A DNA stretch of 60,072 bases from an uncultured Candidatus Saccharibacteria bacterium. GTDB lineage: Bacteria; Patescibacteriota; Minisyncoccia; Phycocordibacterales; DATGWK01. A program made the position numbers and the translations under genes. Position 1 is the first letter of the stretch, and the number at the start of each line of letters is the position of its first letter. The notes beneath the pieces are model-generated. The model was not told where the DNA came from. It saw only the letters and a list, made by a program, of their open reading frames with translations, and made no database searches. The stretch covers positions 1 through 60,072 of the forward strand of contig CAYTZJ010000001.1 of NCBI GenBank assembly GCA_964442475.1. Reading direction: 5' to 3'. Positions 35,124 to 46,237 of this stretch are shown here, piece after piece.

Positions 35124-37821
35124 GTCGACTACGATACACGAATTTTCTTAACTCTTCAACCAAAACGATTGAAAATGAAAGTGCTACTGCAATCGCTATT
35201 TCGGTAAATGTAAGTGCAGTAGTCTTGAGGAGTTTTTGCATTACCGGATTGTAGATTGCAAAAAACTGAAGAGAAATGACAATACAGGTTGCAATAATCA
35301 GATAGTGATTACCAAAAATTTTCTTTGACCACATTGATTCGTGAGCAGATTTTACGTTCCACGCATTCCACCACTGCAATGCAGCAAGCACGGTAAGCGA
35401 CATGGTATAGGCCTTTGCCATATCAATTCCACTATAGTGTCTAAAAATAAAAATAGTCACGACGGCCATGGTGAGGCCCATGGTAAACGAACGAAAGATG
35501 GAGTGTTTATCAAAAAAGAAACCACTACCATTTCGATTTATACGTTTTTTTACCTGCTCTTTTGGTTCAAACGCCAAAGCTACAACCAAAAATCCATCTG
35601 TCACAAGGTTGAGCCACAAAATCTGGGTGGGAAATACCGGGGGCGGCAAAAACAAAAGCATCGCCCCCACCACGCTTAAAAGTTCACCCATACCTGTTGA
35701 AAAAAGATACAAAATAACTTTTTTAATACTCAAATAGATATTTCTACCTTCGTTGATGGCCGAAACAATACTTTTGAAATTATCATCAAGAAGCACAATG
35801 TCTGCTGCTTCCTTGCTTACCTCGGTGCCAATTTTACCCATTGCAATACCCAAGTCCGCAGCGACAAGCGACAATGCGTCGTTTACACCATCGCCGGTCA
35901 TAGCAACAATGTCACCGTTCTTTTTTAAAAATCGAATAATATCGAGTTTTTCTTCTGGAGATACTCGAGCAAACACCGATGTTCGAGGAAGTTTTTTAAG
36001 AACCTCACCAACCGATATTGATGTCAATTCACTTCCAGTAACAATAGAATCACCATCCCGATAAATCCCCGCCTCACGAGCAATTGTTTCTGCCGTTACT
36101 TTATGATCGCCTGTAATCATTACAATCCTTACCCCACTTTCTCGCGCCGCCTCTACAGATTCGCGAACACCTTCGCGTAATACATCTCGCATCCCCAAAA
36201 GCCCCACAAACGTTGCACTTGAAATAGGATCCTTATTAAGTTCACCCTTAAAATCTGAAACATAAGAAACCGCCAACACCCGCAACCCATCGCGAGACAT
36301 TGCATGAACCAAATCTTCGATCTCTGTTTTCGCTGCTTCAGTAAGTTTTTTAACATGTGTGCCAATTCTGATATTGGTTGAAAGACCAAGCACAGACTCA
36401 GGTGCACCGACAATAGAAAGAAATGATTTATTTTTAACAGAGTGAAGGGTGGCGTGATATTTCAATTTTGAATCGAATGGAATGTCATTGATCTGCGGTT
36501 CTTCCTGTTCAAGTTCATCTTTATGAAAACCAACCTTCTCCCCCAATACAAGCATGGCTGCTTCTGTAGGATCACCAGCAACATGCCATATTCCTTCTTT
36601 TTCGTTAAGAACTACACGCGCATTGGCACAAAACGTTGCGATTTTACCCATAAAAATAATTTCTGGATGATTCGCTGGGTCAACCGGAATACTATCGTAA
36701 AGAACATCACCCCGAGGTTCATACCCATTTCCTAAAATAGAAAAAGTTTTACCGCTCACAAAAACTTTTTCTATCATCAATTCGTTTTTCGTAATTGTGC
36801 CAGTTTTATCTACAGCAATAACACTAGTCTGCCCAAGCGCCTCCACCGCCGCAAGATTTTTTACCAAAGCATTTTGTTTTGCCATGCGATACGCACCAAT
36901 AGAAAGAACGAGAGTAATTACAACCGGCAATCCCTCTGGAACAAGAGAAACAGCAACTGCAACGGCCGTAAAAAACATTTCACTAATAGAATTACCGTAA
37001 AGAATTCCAATACCAAAAACAATTACTGAAACAGCAAGCACACCAATACCTACCTTTTTCGAAAGTATTCGTATGTCTTTATTTAGAGGAATTTCTGTAT
37101 CAAGACCAAAAATTTTCTGAGAAATACCACCAATAACTGTTTGCACACCCGTAGCAACAACAATCGCTTTCGCAGAACCAGCAACAATAAAAGAACCCCT
37201 AAAAACCATGTTTCTCTGATCTGCCGGATTTGTAATAGACTGCGAAATCGTTTCTGAGTTTTTTGAAACCGGTTCAGACTCCCCAGTAAGCGCAGATTCA
37301 TCTACTCGTAAATTCTTTACTTCAAAAAGCCGAGCATCTGCTGGAACCTTATCACCCTCCCGAAGTACAATAATGTCACCAGGTACAATTTCCTCATCAA
37401 CAATAAGTTCTTCCACCCCGTCACGAATCGCAACGGCTTGGGTTTTTGTAAAATTTTGAAGCGCCCGTAATGTATTCTGTGCCTTTCCCTCTTGGAAAAC
37501 CCCGATCACTGCATTTGCAAGAAGTACAGCCAAAATAACAACCGTATCAGTAACATCGCCCAAAAAGAACACAATGATACTTGCAATTACTAATATATAA
37601 ATAAGCGGACTTTGAAACTGGTGCAAAAAAATCTGAAACAATGAAAGAGTTTTTGTTGCAGGCAAACTATTACTTCCATATCGTTTTAGTCTTTTTACAA
37701 CCTCAGTCAGTGTCAGACCGCGCTCACCAGTACTAAAGTGTGTGAAAAGATGAGAGACATCTTCGCTCGCCCATGAGCGCTTCACGATCTCACCCTTGGG
37801 TTGTACAACCAACTTTGTCAT
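35107..37821 (-). CDS. Cation-transporting P-type ATPase (type II, Ca2+-ATPase-like)
   Basis: Phosphorylation motif DKTGTIT, TGES, hinge TGDGVNDA, about 10 TM helices. Confidence 0.9.
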   Translation of the reverse strand: MTKLVVQPKGEIVKRSWASEDVSHLFTHFSTGERGLTLTEVVKRLKRYGSNSLPATKTLSLFQIFLHQFQSPLIYILVIASIIVFFLGDVTDTVVILAVLLANAVIGVFQEGKAQNTLRALQNFTKTQAVAIRDGVEELIVDEEIVPGDIIVLREGDKVPADARLFEVKNLRVDESALTGESEPVSKNSETISQSITNPADQRNMVFRGSFIVAGSAKAIVVATGVQTVIGGISQKIFGLDTEIPLNKDIRILSKKVGIGVLAVSVIVFGIGILYGNSISEMFFTAVAVAVSLVPEGLPVVITLVLSIGAYRMAKQNALVKNLAAVEALGQTSVIAVDKTGTITKNELMIEKVFVSGKTFSILGNGYEPRGDVLYDSIPVDPANHPEIIFMGKIATFCANARVVLNEKEGIWHVAGDPTEAAMLVLGEKVGFHKDELEQEEPQINDIPFDSKLKYHATLHSVKNKSFLSIVGAPESVLGLSTNIRIGTHVKKLTEAAKTEIEDLVHAMSRDGLRVLAVSYVSDFKGELNKDPISSATFVGLLGMRDVLREGVRESVEAARESGVRIVMITGDHKVTAETIAREAGIYRDGDSIVTGSELTSISVGEVLKKLPRTSVFARVSPEEKLDIIRFLKKNGDIVAMTGDGVNDALSLVAADLGIAMGKIGTEVSKEAADIVLLDDNFKSIVSAINEGRNIYLSIKKVILYLFSTGMGELLSVVGAMLLFLPPPVFPTQILWLNLVTDGFLVVALAFEPKEQVKKRINRNGSGFFFDKHSIFRSFTMGLTMAVVTIFIFRHYSGIDMAKAYTMSLTVLAALQWWNAWNVKSAHESMWSKKIFGNHYLIIATCIVISLQFFAIYNPVMQKLLKTTALTFTEIAIAVALSFSIVLVEELRKFVYRSRHVVQI

Positions 37822-38873
37822 TACTCAATAGACTTATTTTTCATGATGACTGGATACAGTTCAAGGAGTGCAAACAAAAGACCGAGAACAACTGGTCCAG
37901 CGATAAAACCAACGGGGCCAAAGAAACTAATTCCTCCAAGTACAGAAATCAAAATTAAGAACGGATGAATTTTAACTCCTCGGTTGATAAAATACGGTGC
38001 AAGAATGTTGTCGATGAGACCAACAGCAAAAACAACCCAAATCAAAAGTCCGATGGATTGAGAAATATTTCCACTCAAGAACAAAAATATTATTGCTGGA
38101 ATATTTACTAAACTTGTACCGAGAGCAGGAACAAGAGATGCGACTGCTGCTACCGTACCCCAAATCACAGGATTCGAAACACCAAACAGCCAAAAACCAA
38201 CACCCGTAAGAATACCTTGAATAAGACCAATTAAAAGCTGGCCACGCAATACAGAATTAACTGTCAAAGAAATTTTATTCAGAATCAAATTGTCATACGC
38301 ATCAAAAAGTGGGCTCCACGCCAAAATATTTTTGATGAGCCTTTCGTGATCTCGAAAAAGATAAAACAAGCACAAAACATACAAGAAAACACCAAGAGTC
38401 ACTCGCAAAATTCCAGAAAAGAATGACGAAAGATGGCTTGTAAGCCATTTGAACACCTGTTCGGTATACTGACTAATATTAAGAAAATGATTGAGTTTGA
38501 AGTTAGAACCAGGAATACGACTGTGAACATAATTTTCAATGTTGGTAACAACTGTTTCGATCTGGGCGCTACCAGCTGAAATATTTTGATTTTTAAGATA
38601 AAAATCAGTAGATTCTTTAATCAAAAGATTACCGATAAACAAAAGTGGAGTAATTATCACCACAAGAACAATGGCAACAGAGAAAAGTGCGGCTAGATTT
38701 TTTTTATTCTTTAGACTATTGAGTATTTTGGTATGGACCGGCTTAAACAAAATATAGGTAATAATCGCAAGAAAAATAGCATTAACATATGGTGCAGTAA
38801 TGAAATAAAAAAGTACTGCCACCAAAACCAAAAAAATCACATAAAAAATCAACTGCGAAAATTTAGCATTCAT
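37821..38873 (-). CDS. AI-2E family transporter (PerM/UPF0118)
   Basis: 350-aa polytopic membrane protein with the topology and C-terminal Gly/Pro-rich helices typical of the family. TAATG overlap with the ATPase gene. Confidence 0.65.
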   Translation of the reverse strand: MNAKFSQLIFYVIFLVLVAVLFYFITAPYVNAIFLAIITYILFKPVHTKILNSLKNKKNLAALFSVAIVLVVIITPLLFIGNLLIKESTDFYLKNQNISAGSAQIETVVTNIENYVHSRIPGSNFKLNHFLNISQYTEQVFKWLTSHLSSFFSGILRVTLGVFLYVLCLFYLFRDHERLIKNILAWSPLFDAYDNLILNKISLTVNSVLRGQLLIGLIQGILTGVGFWLFGVSNPVIWGTVAAVASLVPALGTSLVNIPAIIFLFLSGNISQSIGLLIWVVFAVGLIDNILAPYFINRGVKIHPFLILISVLGGISFFGPVGFIAGPVVLGLLFALLELYPVIMKNKSIE

Positions 38874-38900
38874 ATTGGAATTATACCATGCGGTAACAAA

Positions 38901-41420
38901 CTAACCTTTTGTCATCAGTTTTTGGTGTTCTTCTGTGTTCTTAAGTCCGCAATTTTTATACTTTTTACCTGAACCGCATGAACACGGATCATTTCTTCCA
39001 ATATCAGGATTTGATTTAGAAAAAACACTCTGAGCCTTCTCACCGCTTTCAGCAATACGAGCAAATCGAACCTGTGGTTGTTCCCTAACCTCTTGAAGTT
39101 TTTCTGTTGGAGCTGTTCCGACTTGAGCACTAATGTTTGGAATTAATTTTAAAATTTCTTCTTTTATACTGTTTTCCATTGTTTGGAACATTCGAAGACC
39201 TTCTTTTTTGTATTCAACCAAGGGGTCACGTTGACCATAAGCACGAAGCTGCACACTACCGCGCATGTAATCCATTGCCTCAAGATGTTCAACCCAAAAC
39301 ATATCAATCATTTGCAGAATAAGTCTTTGGAGAACACGCGCAAACTGCTCAGCTCCAATTTGAGATTTTTTATCTTCAATAATTTTTCGCATTTCCGCAT
39401 CTTCTGGTGAAATTATTGAATCGACATATTCATAAACCACCTGAGCCTCACCGGTAAGAATTTTTCGACGACGTTCGTAAATAGTTTTTCTTTGAAAATT
39501 CAAAACGTCATCAAACTGCAAAACAAATTTTCGAGAATCAAAATTATGTCCTTCGATTTTTGTTTGAGCATTTTCAAGCGAACGAGTAATGAGTGAATTT
39601 TTGATTGGTTCATCCTCAGCCAAACCAATCTTACCCATAAGTTTTTTGATCGTATCAGAAGCAAATACACGCATGAGTGTATCTTCAAGAGAAACAAAAA
39701 ACTGGGTTTCGCCCGGGTCACCTTGTCGGCCAGTTCGTCCTCGAAGTTGATTGTCGATTCTTCGAGCCTCATGCCGCTCTGTTCCGATCACAAAGAGTCC
39801 ACCAAGCTTACGGACCTCTTCGGCAACTTCTGGCGTTGTGGGATTTCCACCGAGTTTAATATCAACACCACGACCGGCAAGGTTTGTTGCAACAGTCACC
39901 GCACCCTTACGTCCAGCTTGTGCAATAATTTCTCCTTCATTTTCATGATTCTTGGCATTTAATAATTCGTGTGGAATACCCTCATTCTTGAGATACGCAG
40001 AGAGAAGCTCATTTTTTTCAATAGAAACAGTTCCAACAAGTACAGGCTGTCCTCTCCCATGTAATTCTTTAATCTTTTTTGATACAGCCTTAAACTTTCC
40101 AAATTCTGTTTGAAAAATAAGATCATCATGATCAACACGGGCAATTGGTTTGTTTGTAGGAACAGTAGCAACCTCAAGTCCGTAAACTTTGAAAAATTCT
40201 TCTTTCGAGGTAAGAGCCGTACCAGTCATACCTGAAAGCTTTTCGTACATTCGGAAATAATTCTGGAACGTAATCGAGCCAAATGTGCGAGATTCTTTTT
40301 GGATTTTTACACCCTCTTTTGCCTCGATGGCTTGATGTAGACCCTCAGACCAACGGCGTCCGGGCTGAAGACGACCGGTGAATTCATCGACAATAACAAT
40401 CTCATCGTTTTTTACGACATAGTCGCGATCTTTTTGATAAAGTTCTTTGGCTTTTACGGCAGTTTCCAAATGATGCACATATTTGATCCCCTTGTCGGTA
40501 TAAATATTTTCAATACCAAGAGCCTTTTCGGCTTCAGTAATTCCATCATCGGTAAGGCTTATTGCTCGTCGTTTTTCATCAATAGTATAGTGAGTCTCTT
40601 TTGTAAGACCACGCACCATTTTTGAAAATGTTGAATAAAGATTTTCTGAATCAGAAGAAGGAGCAGAAATAATCAGCGGAGTTCGAGCTTCGTCAATCAA
40701 AATCGAATCAACTTCGTCGACAATTGCATAGTAAAAGCCGCGCTGTCGCAGTTTGCTTTGCTCGTATTCCAAATTATCCCGAAGATAGTCAAAACCAAAT
40801 TCGTTGTTCGTACCATATGTAATATCAGCGGCATACGCTTCCGTTCGAGTTACAGGACGCAAAAATTCTCGGACTACTCTAAAAGACCCAACTTCATCAC
40901 GAGTTTGGTCGAGTTCTTTGTGGTTTGGGTCGTATATAAAAGACTCATCGTGGTTGATAACACCAACAGTCAAACCAAGCGCGTTGTAGATCTGTCCCAT
41001 CCACACAGCATCACGTCGTGAAAGATAATCGTTGACTGTAACCACATGCACTCCTTTTCCCGTAAGGGCGTTAAGGTATGCTGGCAATGTTGCAACAAGA
41101 GTTTTACCTTCACCAGTTCGCATTTCTGCGCCACCACCACGGTGCAACACCATTCCACCAATAAGCTGAACATCAAAATGTCTTTGGCCCAACGTTCTTT
41201 TTGATGCTTCGCGGACAGCTGCAAACGCTTCGGGCAAAATGTCATCAAGTGATTCTCCCTTTCCTAAGCGAGATTTGAGTTCAAGTGTTTTGACCTTTAA
41301 ATCAGTATCAGAAAGAGCCTGGAATGTTGGTTCCAGGGCGTTTATTTTCTTTACGACTGACTCAAGCGGTTTAATGATTCTCGTGCTTGAATCCCCCAAA
41401 ATACTGCTTAAAAATGCCAT
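38901..41420 (-). CDS. secA: Preprotein translocase ATPase SecA
   Basis: Walker A MRTGEGKT, DEVDSILIDEARTPLIIS and C-terminal zinc motif CSCGSGKKYKNCG. Confidence 0.95.
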   Translation of the reverse strand: MAFLSSILGDSSTRIIKPLESVVKKINALEPTFQALSDTDLKVKTLELKSRLGKGESLDDILPEAFAAVREASKRTLGQRHFDVQLIGGMVLHRGGGAEMRTGEGKTLVATLPAYLNALTGKGVHVVTVNDYLSRRDAVWMGQIYNALGLTVGVINHDESFIYDPNHKELDQTRDEVGSFRVVREFLRPVTRTEAYAADITYGTNNEFGFDYLRDNLEYEQSKLRQRGFYYAIVDEVDSILIDEARTPLIISAPSSDSENLYSTFSKMVRGLTKETHYTIDEKRRAISLTDDGITEAEKALGIENIYTDKGIKYVHHLETAVKAKELYQKDRDYVVKNDEIVIVDEFTGRLQPGRRWSEGLHQAIEAKEGVKIQKESRTFGSITFQNYFRMYEKLSGMTGTALTSKEEFFKVYGLEVATVPTNKPIARVDHDDLIFQTEFGKFKAVSKKIKELHGRGQPVLVGTVSIEKNELLSAYLKNEGIPHELLNAKNHENEGEIIAQAGRKGAVTVATNLAGRGVDIKLGGNPTTPEVAEEVRKLGGLFVIGTERHEARRIDNQLRGRTGRQGDPGETQFFVSLEDTLMRVFASDTIKKLMGKIGLAEDEPIKNSLITRSLENAQTKIEGHNFDSRKFVLQFDDVLNFQRKTIYERRRKILTGEAQVVYEYVDSIISPEDAEMRKIIEDKKSQIGAEQFARVLQRLILQMIDMFWVEHLEAMDYMRGSVQLRAYGQRDPLVEYKKEGLRMFQTMENSIKEEILKLIPNISAQVGTAPTEKLQEVREQPQVRFARIAESGEKAQSVFSKSNPDIGRNDPCSCGSGKKYKNCGLKNTEEHQKLMTKG

Positions 41421-41543
41421 ATTTTTACAAGGAACATATTGTAGCAGAAAACGAGTTTTATTTCATGGTCAACTCAGATTTTTAAATTAAACCTCACAAA
41501 CAAAAAACCTCCTTTCGGAGATTTTTTGTAAACACTTTGCAAA

Positions 41544-41627
41544 CTATCGTTGTCGCTTTGTAGCTTTCTTTTTAGACTTCTTTGAAGCTGTTCGCTTCTT
41601 TGTTGTCTTTTTTGTTTTCTTTTTCAT
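41544..41627 (-). CDS. Possible 27-aa Lys-rich micro-protein
   Basis: Hand translation gives MKKKTKKTTKKRTASKKSKKKATKRQR, followed by a weak hairpin with T-run at about 41500-41528. No RBS seen. Confidence 0.2.
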   Translation of the reverse strand: MKKKTKKTTKKRTASKKSKKKATKRQR

Positions 41628-41756
41628 TATTTTTGAGAACTGATCTCAAATTATTAGCGAACAAAAATCTTTTCCGACCACACTTTTATTATGAGACATT
41701 TTATTTTCAACACAATAGAAAAAAAATTTAAAAGTGGATAAGTACAAAAAAAAAAT

Positions 41757-42773
41757 TTACAAAAAACCTATCGGAATAACTTCCCATTCAATTTCAATTC
41801 CCGTTTTATTTTTTACTTCGTTAAAAATTTTGTCCGCTAGTTTTTTTATTTCTATTGAAGTTCCTCCACCAAAATTTACGAGCGCGAGTGGTTGCGTCTT
41901 GTACAAACCAACATTCCCCTCCCTATATCCGTTAAAATTACAAACCTTATCGAGAATCCAAGCTAGTGGAATTTTTTTGAAACCACCGTATGCAGGGAAA
42001 AAAGGCAAACCTGGATACAAACCAGCAAGTTCGGTATATCTTTCCTCTGTGACTATTGGATTTTTAAAAAAAGATCCTGCAGTACCAATTTTTGTAATAT
42101 CAGGAAGTTTGTTTTTCCTAATGTCTATTACCACATTCCTAACTTCTAAAGGGGTTGGCTGTTTTTTTCCAACAAAATAATTAGCGAGATCTTTGTATGA
42201 GAGGTTCGGTTTACCGCTTTCGCTAAGACGCATTGCAACTCGAGTTACAATAAGTGCTCTACCTTCTTCTGTTTTAAAAAAACTATCCCGATATCCGAAT
42301 CGACACTCCGAGTTAAGTAATGTGCGAACATTCATGATTTTCGGATCAAAAACTTCAACCCATTCAATTACTTCACGTATTTCTGTTCCATATGCTCCGA
42401 TGTTTTGTACCGGTGCCGCACCAACAGATCCAGGAATCCATGAAAGATTTTCTATACCTGCTAAATTTTTTGAAATACTAGTAGCAACCACCGTATCCCA
42501 ATGTTCAGACGCTCCTGCAATAACAAGATTTGATTCAGGAAATTCAATTCCATTAATGTTCAACTTAATAACAACTCCATCATATCCTTCATCTGAGACA
42601 AGAAGATTAGAACCACCACCAATCACAAAGTATGAAAGCTTTTTACTAAGAGCAAAATTAATTGCAGATTTGAGATCGGAAATTTCATTTACATTGATCA
42701 AAAAACGAGCTGGGCCACCAACCCGAAATGTAGTAAATGAAGCCAGGGGCACATTAGGAAAAATTTCAATCAT
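41757..42773 (-). CDS. murB: UDP-N-acetylenolpyruvoylglucosamine reductase
   Basis: FAD-binding N-terminal region (FRVGGPA, GGGSNLL) and MurB C-terminal domain. Confidence 0.9.
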   Translation of the reverse strand: MIEIFPNVPLASFTTFRVGGPARFLINVNEISDLKSAINFALSKKLSYFVIGGGSNLLVSDEGYDGVVIKLNINGIEFPESNLVIAGASEHWDTVVATSISKNLAGIENLSWIPGSVGAAPVQNIGAYGTEIREVIEWVEVFDPKIMNVRTLLNSECRFGYRDSFFKTEEGRALIVTRVAMRLSESGKPNLSYKDLANYFVGKKQPTPLEVRNVVIDIRKNKLPDITKIGTAGSFFKNPIVTEERYTELAGLYPGLPFFPAYGGFKKIPLAWILDKVCNFNGYREGNVGLYKTQPLALVNFGGGTSIEIKKLADKIFNEVKNKTGIEIEWEVIPIGFL

Positions 42774-42917
42774 TGTAACTTCTCATCACCATCGACTGCG
42801 TAACTCCATGGATATATTATGAGTGCAAGCGACAGTGAGGAGGAGATGCAATGCACCACCTCGTCATCATAAATGATGACACCCTTAATACAAAACCATT
42901 CACTATCAAAAACTTCT

Positions 42918-42958
42918 CAAGAAAAACTAAACTCCACGCGCGTTAAGAAGTTTAGTTT
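42918..42958 (-). terminator. Intrinsic terminator
   Basis: 10-bp stem AAACTAAACT/AGTTTAGTTT with a 15-nt loop, then T4 on the minus strand, directly after the stop of 42961..45162. Confidence 0.5.
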
Positions 42959-42960
42959 TT

Positions 42961-45162
42961 CTATTTCGTTGGATTACGCCCAGCTTGGATTTCTTTAATG
43001 AAGTATTCGATTTCCTTTTTTCTTTCTGGGAATTTCGTCAGTGTTTCTTGAAGGATGGTGAGTGATTTTGTTCTTTGACCATTTGCAAGATATCCAGCAG
43101 ATAGACGAAGCCAAAGCGATGCGTCTTCTGGAGACATCTTCACACGGTTTTCAAGTATTTTTATTGCACCCAACGGGTTACCAGTATTTGCATAAGCCGA
43201 AATAAGTCTTTCGTCAAAAAAATTAGGGTCTTTCGAGAGTTCATTTACCAACTCATCTGCCAGTTTGTTTTGTTTTGCATAAAGAGCGGCAATTGCATAC
43301 AAAACCTTAGACTCGGAACTAGTTTTCTCGAGTTCATATGCAGTCTTAAAGTAATCAAGAGCAACAACATAATTACCCGCGGTTAATTCAGAGAAACCTA
43401 TTTCATAGTATGCCCGCTGTTTCTTTGGTGTTAGTTCCAAAGCCTTTATCAAATAAGGTTTCGCACCCGAAACATCACCCATTCGAGTCCGAATCCCCCC
43501 CATAGAAAGAAGGTAACGAGCATCATCTGGAAATCTAGTAATTGTTTTATCAAGATTTTCAATCAGTAAAACAGCGAATTCTCGTCTCGTCTGTTCAGAA
43601 ATATTTTGATTATTAAAAGCATTAAACTGACCAATCATTTGATCCGTAGCCTCACCTGTTGCAAATGTGTTTGCATCAAACGCAGCCTTAAAATACCCGA
43701 GGCTTTGCTCGGTAGTTTTACCATTAGTATCAAGTGCTCTAATGATATCTCGATTGGCACCAATTTGTTTTACGTTCCAGGTGTAAACCGAAACGACGAC
43801 TAAAATAATCGCGATAGTTGGAATTGCTGCCTGAGAAATAGCTTTGTTATTACTCAATCTTTCAATCCATTGTGGGGCGTTTTTGTTTCGCACAGATTCT
43901 GAATGAATAAATGCGAGCAATGAAAAGAAATAAACATAACTAATGAGATTATCGAATACGAATAGGTTCTGGAAAAAATAGGCGCCGAGCAACCCAACCA
44001 ACAAACTCTTCTGACCTAAAGAAAATTCTTTATTTTTCCAGATCAAGAACAGTGCACCCACGAACAGAGACATGTATGCTAAAAAACCCACAATGCCCGT
44101 TGTAACAAGCCAATCGAGCACGATGTTGTGAGCCCTATCGAACCACGGCTCCTGATTGTACATTCGAGGGTCGTAGTATTTATTAAATACATAATTAAAA
44201 TTTTCCTGACCCCATCCAAGAATTGGCCGATCCTTAAAGCCCTGCCAAGCCATTGGCCACACAAAACGTCGACCCTGATTATTGATTGACTCGAGTGAAA
44301 GCGAAGAAAAACGACCGAGAGTTGGACTGTTGGTTACAAAGTTAGTATTACGAGCAGCAAAGAAACCGCCCACCACAAGAGCAACCAAAATCAAAAGACC
44401 AATACCCATTTTGCGAACCATTGGTCTGTGCTTTTCAAACAATGCAATACCAAGAGCGGTCAAAATGAGTCCGCCAAACAAAGCCAAAATCGCACCTCGA
44501 GTTGCTGTGTAATAAAGAGTAATAAGTTGGCACACAAGCGCAAGTCCATACCATCCATACAATGGCCATTTATTTTTTACCCCTCTTTCATACACACCCA
44601 GTGACAGTAGCAAGGTGATGAAAATATTGAAAAGCATATAGACGGCAAGATACGTAGCGTTTCCAAACGTACCATCAATTCGAACTCCACCTTGATTTAT
44701 TTGAATCTTTCCGGCTAACTGCAAAAAAGTGTAGAAAGCCATAATGATGCTTGCAAAAATAGAAATATTGAAAAACAAACGCCAACGTTCTTTGGTATTT
44801 AGAACAGAACTTGCAATGAAGTAATAAGCAGTAACATGAAGTAGTGTAAGAAATCCGTCCATGCGTTCGTAGTTACTCCAAAAACTGTGGTAAAAAGAAT
44901 GTCCAAACACATCCGCAATAAAAACAACACCAACAAGACTTAACACGGACCAAGAAAGCCAAGACATCTTGGGTCGCACCGAAGACTCAAAAAACATACC
45001 TATAATCCAAAAACCAAAAAGAATTTCAATCAAAATCCTAAATGTAAAACCCTTGCCTGTAATAAAAGGAAAAAGCTGGGTGTCGGCGATAATGAAAGGA
45101 ATAAAGAGAACAGCAAACAAACCAGCGATCAGTGAATACGACAGTAAATTATTAGATTTCAT
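42961..45162 (-). CDS. O-antigen-ligase-like (Wzy_C) polytopic membrane protein with C-terminal TPR repeats
   Basis: Same architecture as 19372..21780: about 12 TM helices plus a TPR-rich C-terminal half. Confidence 0.65.
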   Translation of the reverse strand: MKSNNLLSYSLIAGLFAVLFIPFIIADTQLFPFITGKGFTFRILIEILFGFWIIGMFFESSVRPKMSWLSWSVLSLVGVVFIADVFGHSFYHSFWSNYERMDGFLTLLHVTAYYFIASSVLNTKERWRLFFNISIFASIIMAFYTFLQLAGKIQINQGGVRIDGTFGNATYLAVYMLFNIFITLLLSLGVYERGVKNKWPLYGWYGLALVCQLITLYYTATRGAILALFGGLILTALGIALFEKHRPMVRKMGIGLLILVALVVGGFFAARNTNFVTNSPTLGRFSSLSLESINNQGRRFVWPMAWQGFKDRPILGWGQENFNYVFNKYYDPRMYNQEPWFDRAHNIVLDWLVTTGIVGFLAYMSLFVGALFLIWKNKEFSLGQKSLLVGLLGAYFFQNLFVFDNLISYVYFFSLLAFIHSESVRNKNAPQWIERLSNNKAISQAAIPTIAIILVVVSVYTWNVKQIGANRDIIRALDTNGKTTEQSLGYFKAAFDANTFATGEATDQMIGQFNAFNNQNISEQTRREFAVLLIENLDKTITRFPDDARYLLSMGGIRTRMGDVSGAKPYLIKALELTPKKQRAYYEIGFSELTAGNYVVALDYFKTAYELEKTSSESKVLYAIAALYAKQNKLADELVNELSKDPNFFDERLISAYANTGNPLGAIKILENRVKMSPEDASLWLRLSAGYLANGQRTKSLTILQETLTKFPERKKEIEYFIKEIQAGRNPTK

Positions 45163-45201
45163 TGGTTAAAAATATCACAAAGTCAGTACAAGCAAAAATC
45201 A

Positions 45202-46236
45202 TTAAGGTCGCATTGTTTTGACAAGCTGATTAAAAAGATTGTCCAAACTATGCTTTTTGGCTTCATCTCTAAGTTTTTTTCCAGTAATTGCCTTATGTTC
45301 TGATGATAGTTTCAACACATAATCAAGCTTTTGCGCCAAATCTGTCGAATCACGATCCTTAAACATTAACACTTCTCCAATAGTACTCCTCAGAGATTCA
45401 TTGGAAACAAGAACGAGATTTTCACACATCATTGCCTCAATTACTGTTTTATCAAAACTACCTGAATCAGTCAGATTCACAAAAATTTCGTACTGATTAT
45501 ACACATGTGGAGTTTCAGTATTGGGAACACCTTTTTTGAAAATCAATCTTCCGGCCTTAACCAAACCTTCAGCTTGAGATCTAATTTTTAAATAGTACTC
45601 ATGATCAATTGATGTTGGATCACCATAAATACATGCTACAAAATTAGAATTTTTCTGACTTAACAAATAAAGCGCATCGATAAAGACATCAATATGTTTT
45701 ACTGGTGAAATTCTTGTTACAAGCAAAATCGAATTGGGAATTTTATTAATTTCAGGATTTCTATAAAAGAATTCTGAATCAACACCAACTGGCATGAGTA
45801 ATGTTTTTTTGAATCGTGCAGTAAATGAACCACGTGAAGTACAAAAAACCTTATCCGAAACCCAAACAGCGTATCGAGTAAAGAAGTTGCCTATTTTATG
45901 ATTACGCCAAAAATAAATTTTCTTACCTAATAATTTCCAAATCTTCCAACCAAGCACAACATATTCCTGATTCATGTGAACAAAAACCGCATCATAGTTT
46001 TTTCGTTCCGACAAAATATATGAATAAAAATTTAGTATATATCTGAACCTAGATACCTTCTTCTCCTTACCCAACGAAAGAATTTTTACATTTTGAGGTA
46101 AATGATGTTCACCTTTTTCTAAACAAATAACTGTTACGAATTCAAAATTTTTAGAAAATTCATTGAGCCATCGATGAAAAAAACCGAGAATTGCATCTTG
46201 TTTATCTACCTTTTGAGTAATTACGAGTAATTTCAT
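45202..46236 (-). CDS. Glycosyltransferase (GT-B fold, family 4-like)
   Basis: Start moved to MKLLVITQK (ATG 46236), abutting the upstream stop (TAATATG). C-terminal E-x7-E-like region. Confidence 0.7.
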   Translation of the reverse strand: MKLLVITQKVDKQDAILGFFHRWLNEFSKNFEFVTVICLEKGEHHLPQNVKILSLGKEKKVSRFRYILNFYSYILSERKNYDAVFVHMNQEYVVLGWKIWKLLGKKIYFWRNHKIGNFFTRYAVWVSDKVFCTSRGSFTARFKKTLLMPVGVDSEFFYRNPEINKIPNSILLVTRISPVKHIDVFIDALYLLSQKNSNFVACIYGDPTSIDHEYYLKIRSQAEGLVKAGRLIFKKGVPNTETPHVYNQYEIFVNLTDSGSFDKTVIEAMMCENLVLVSNESLRSTIGEVLMFKDRDSTDLAQKLDYVLKLSSEHKAITGKKLRDEAKKHSLDNLFNQLVKTMRP

Positions 46237-46237
46237 A

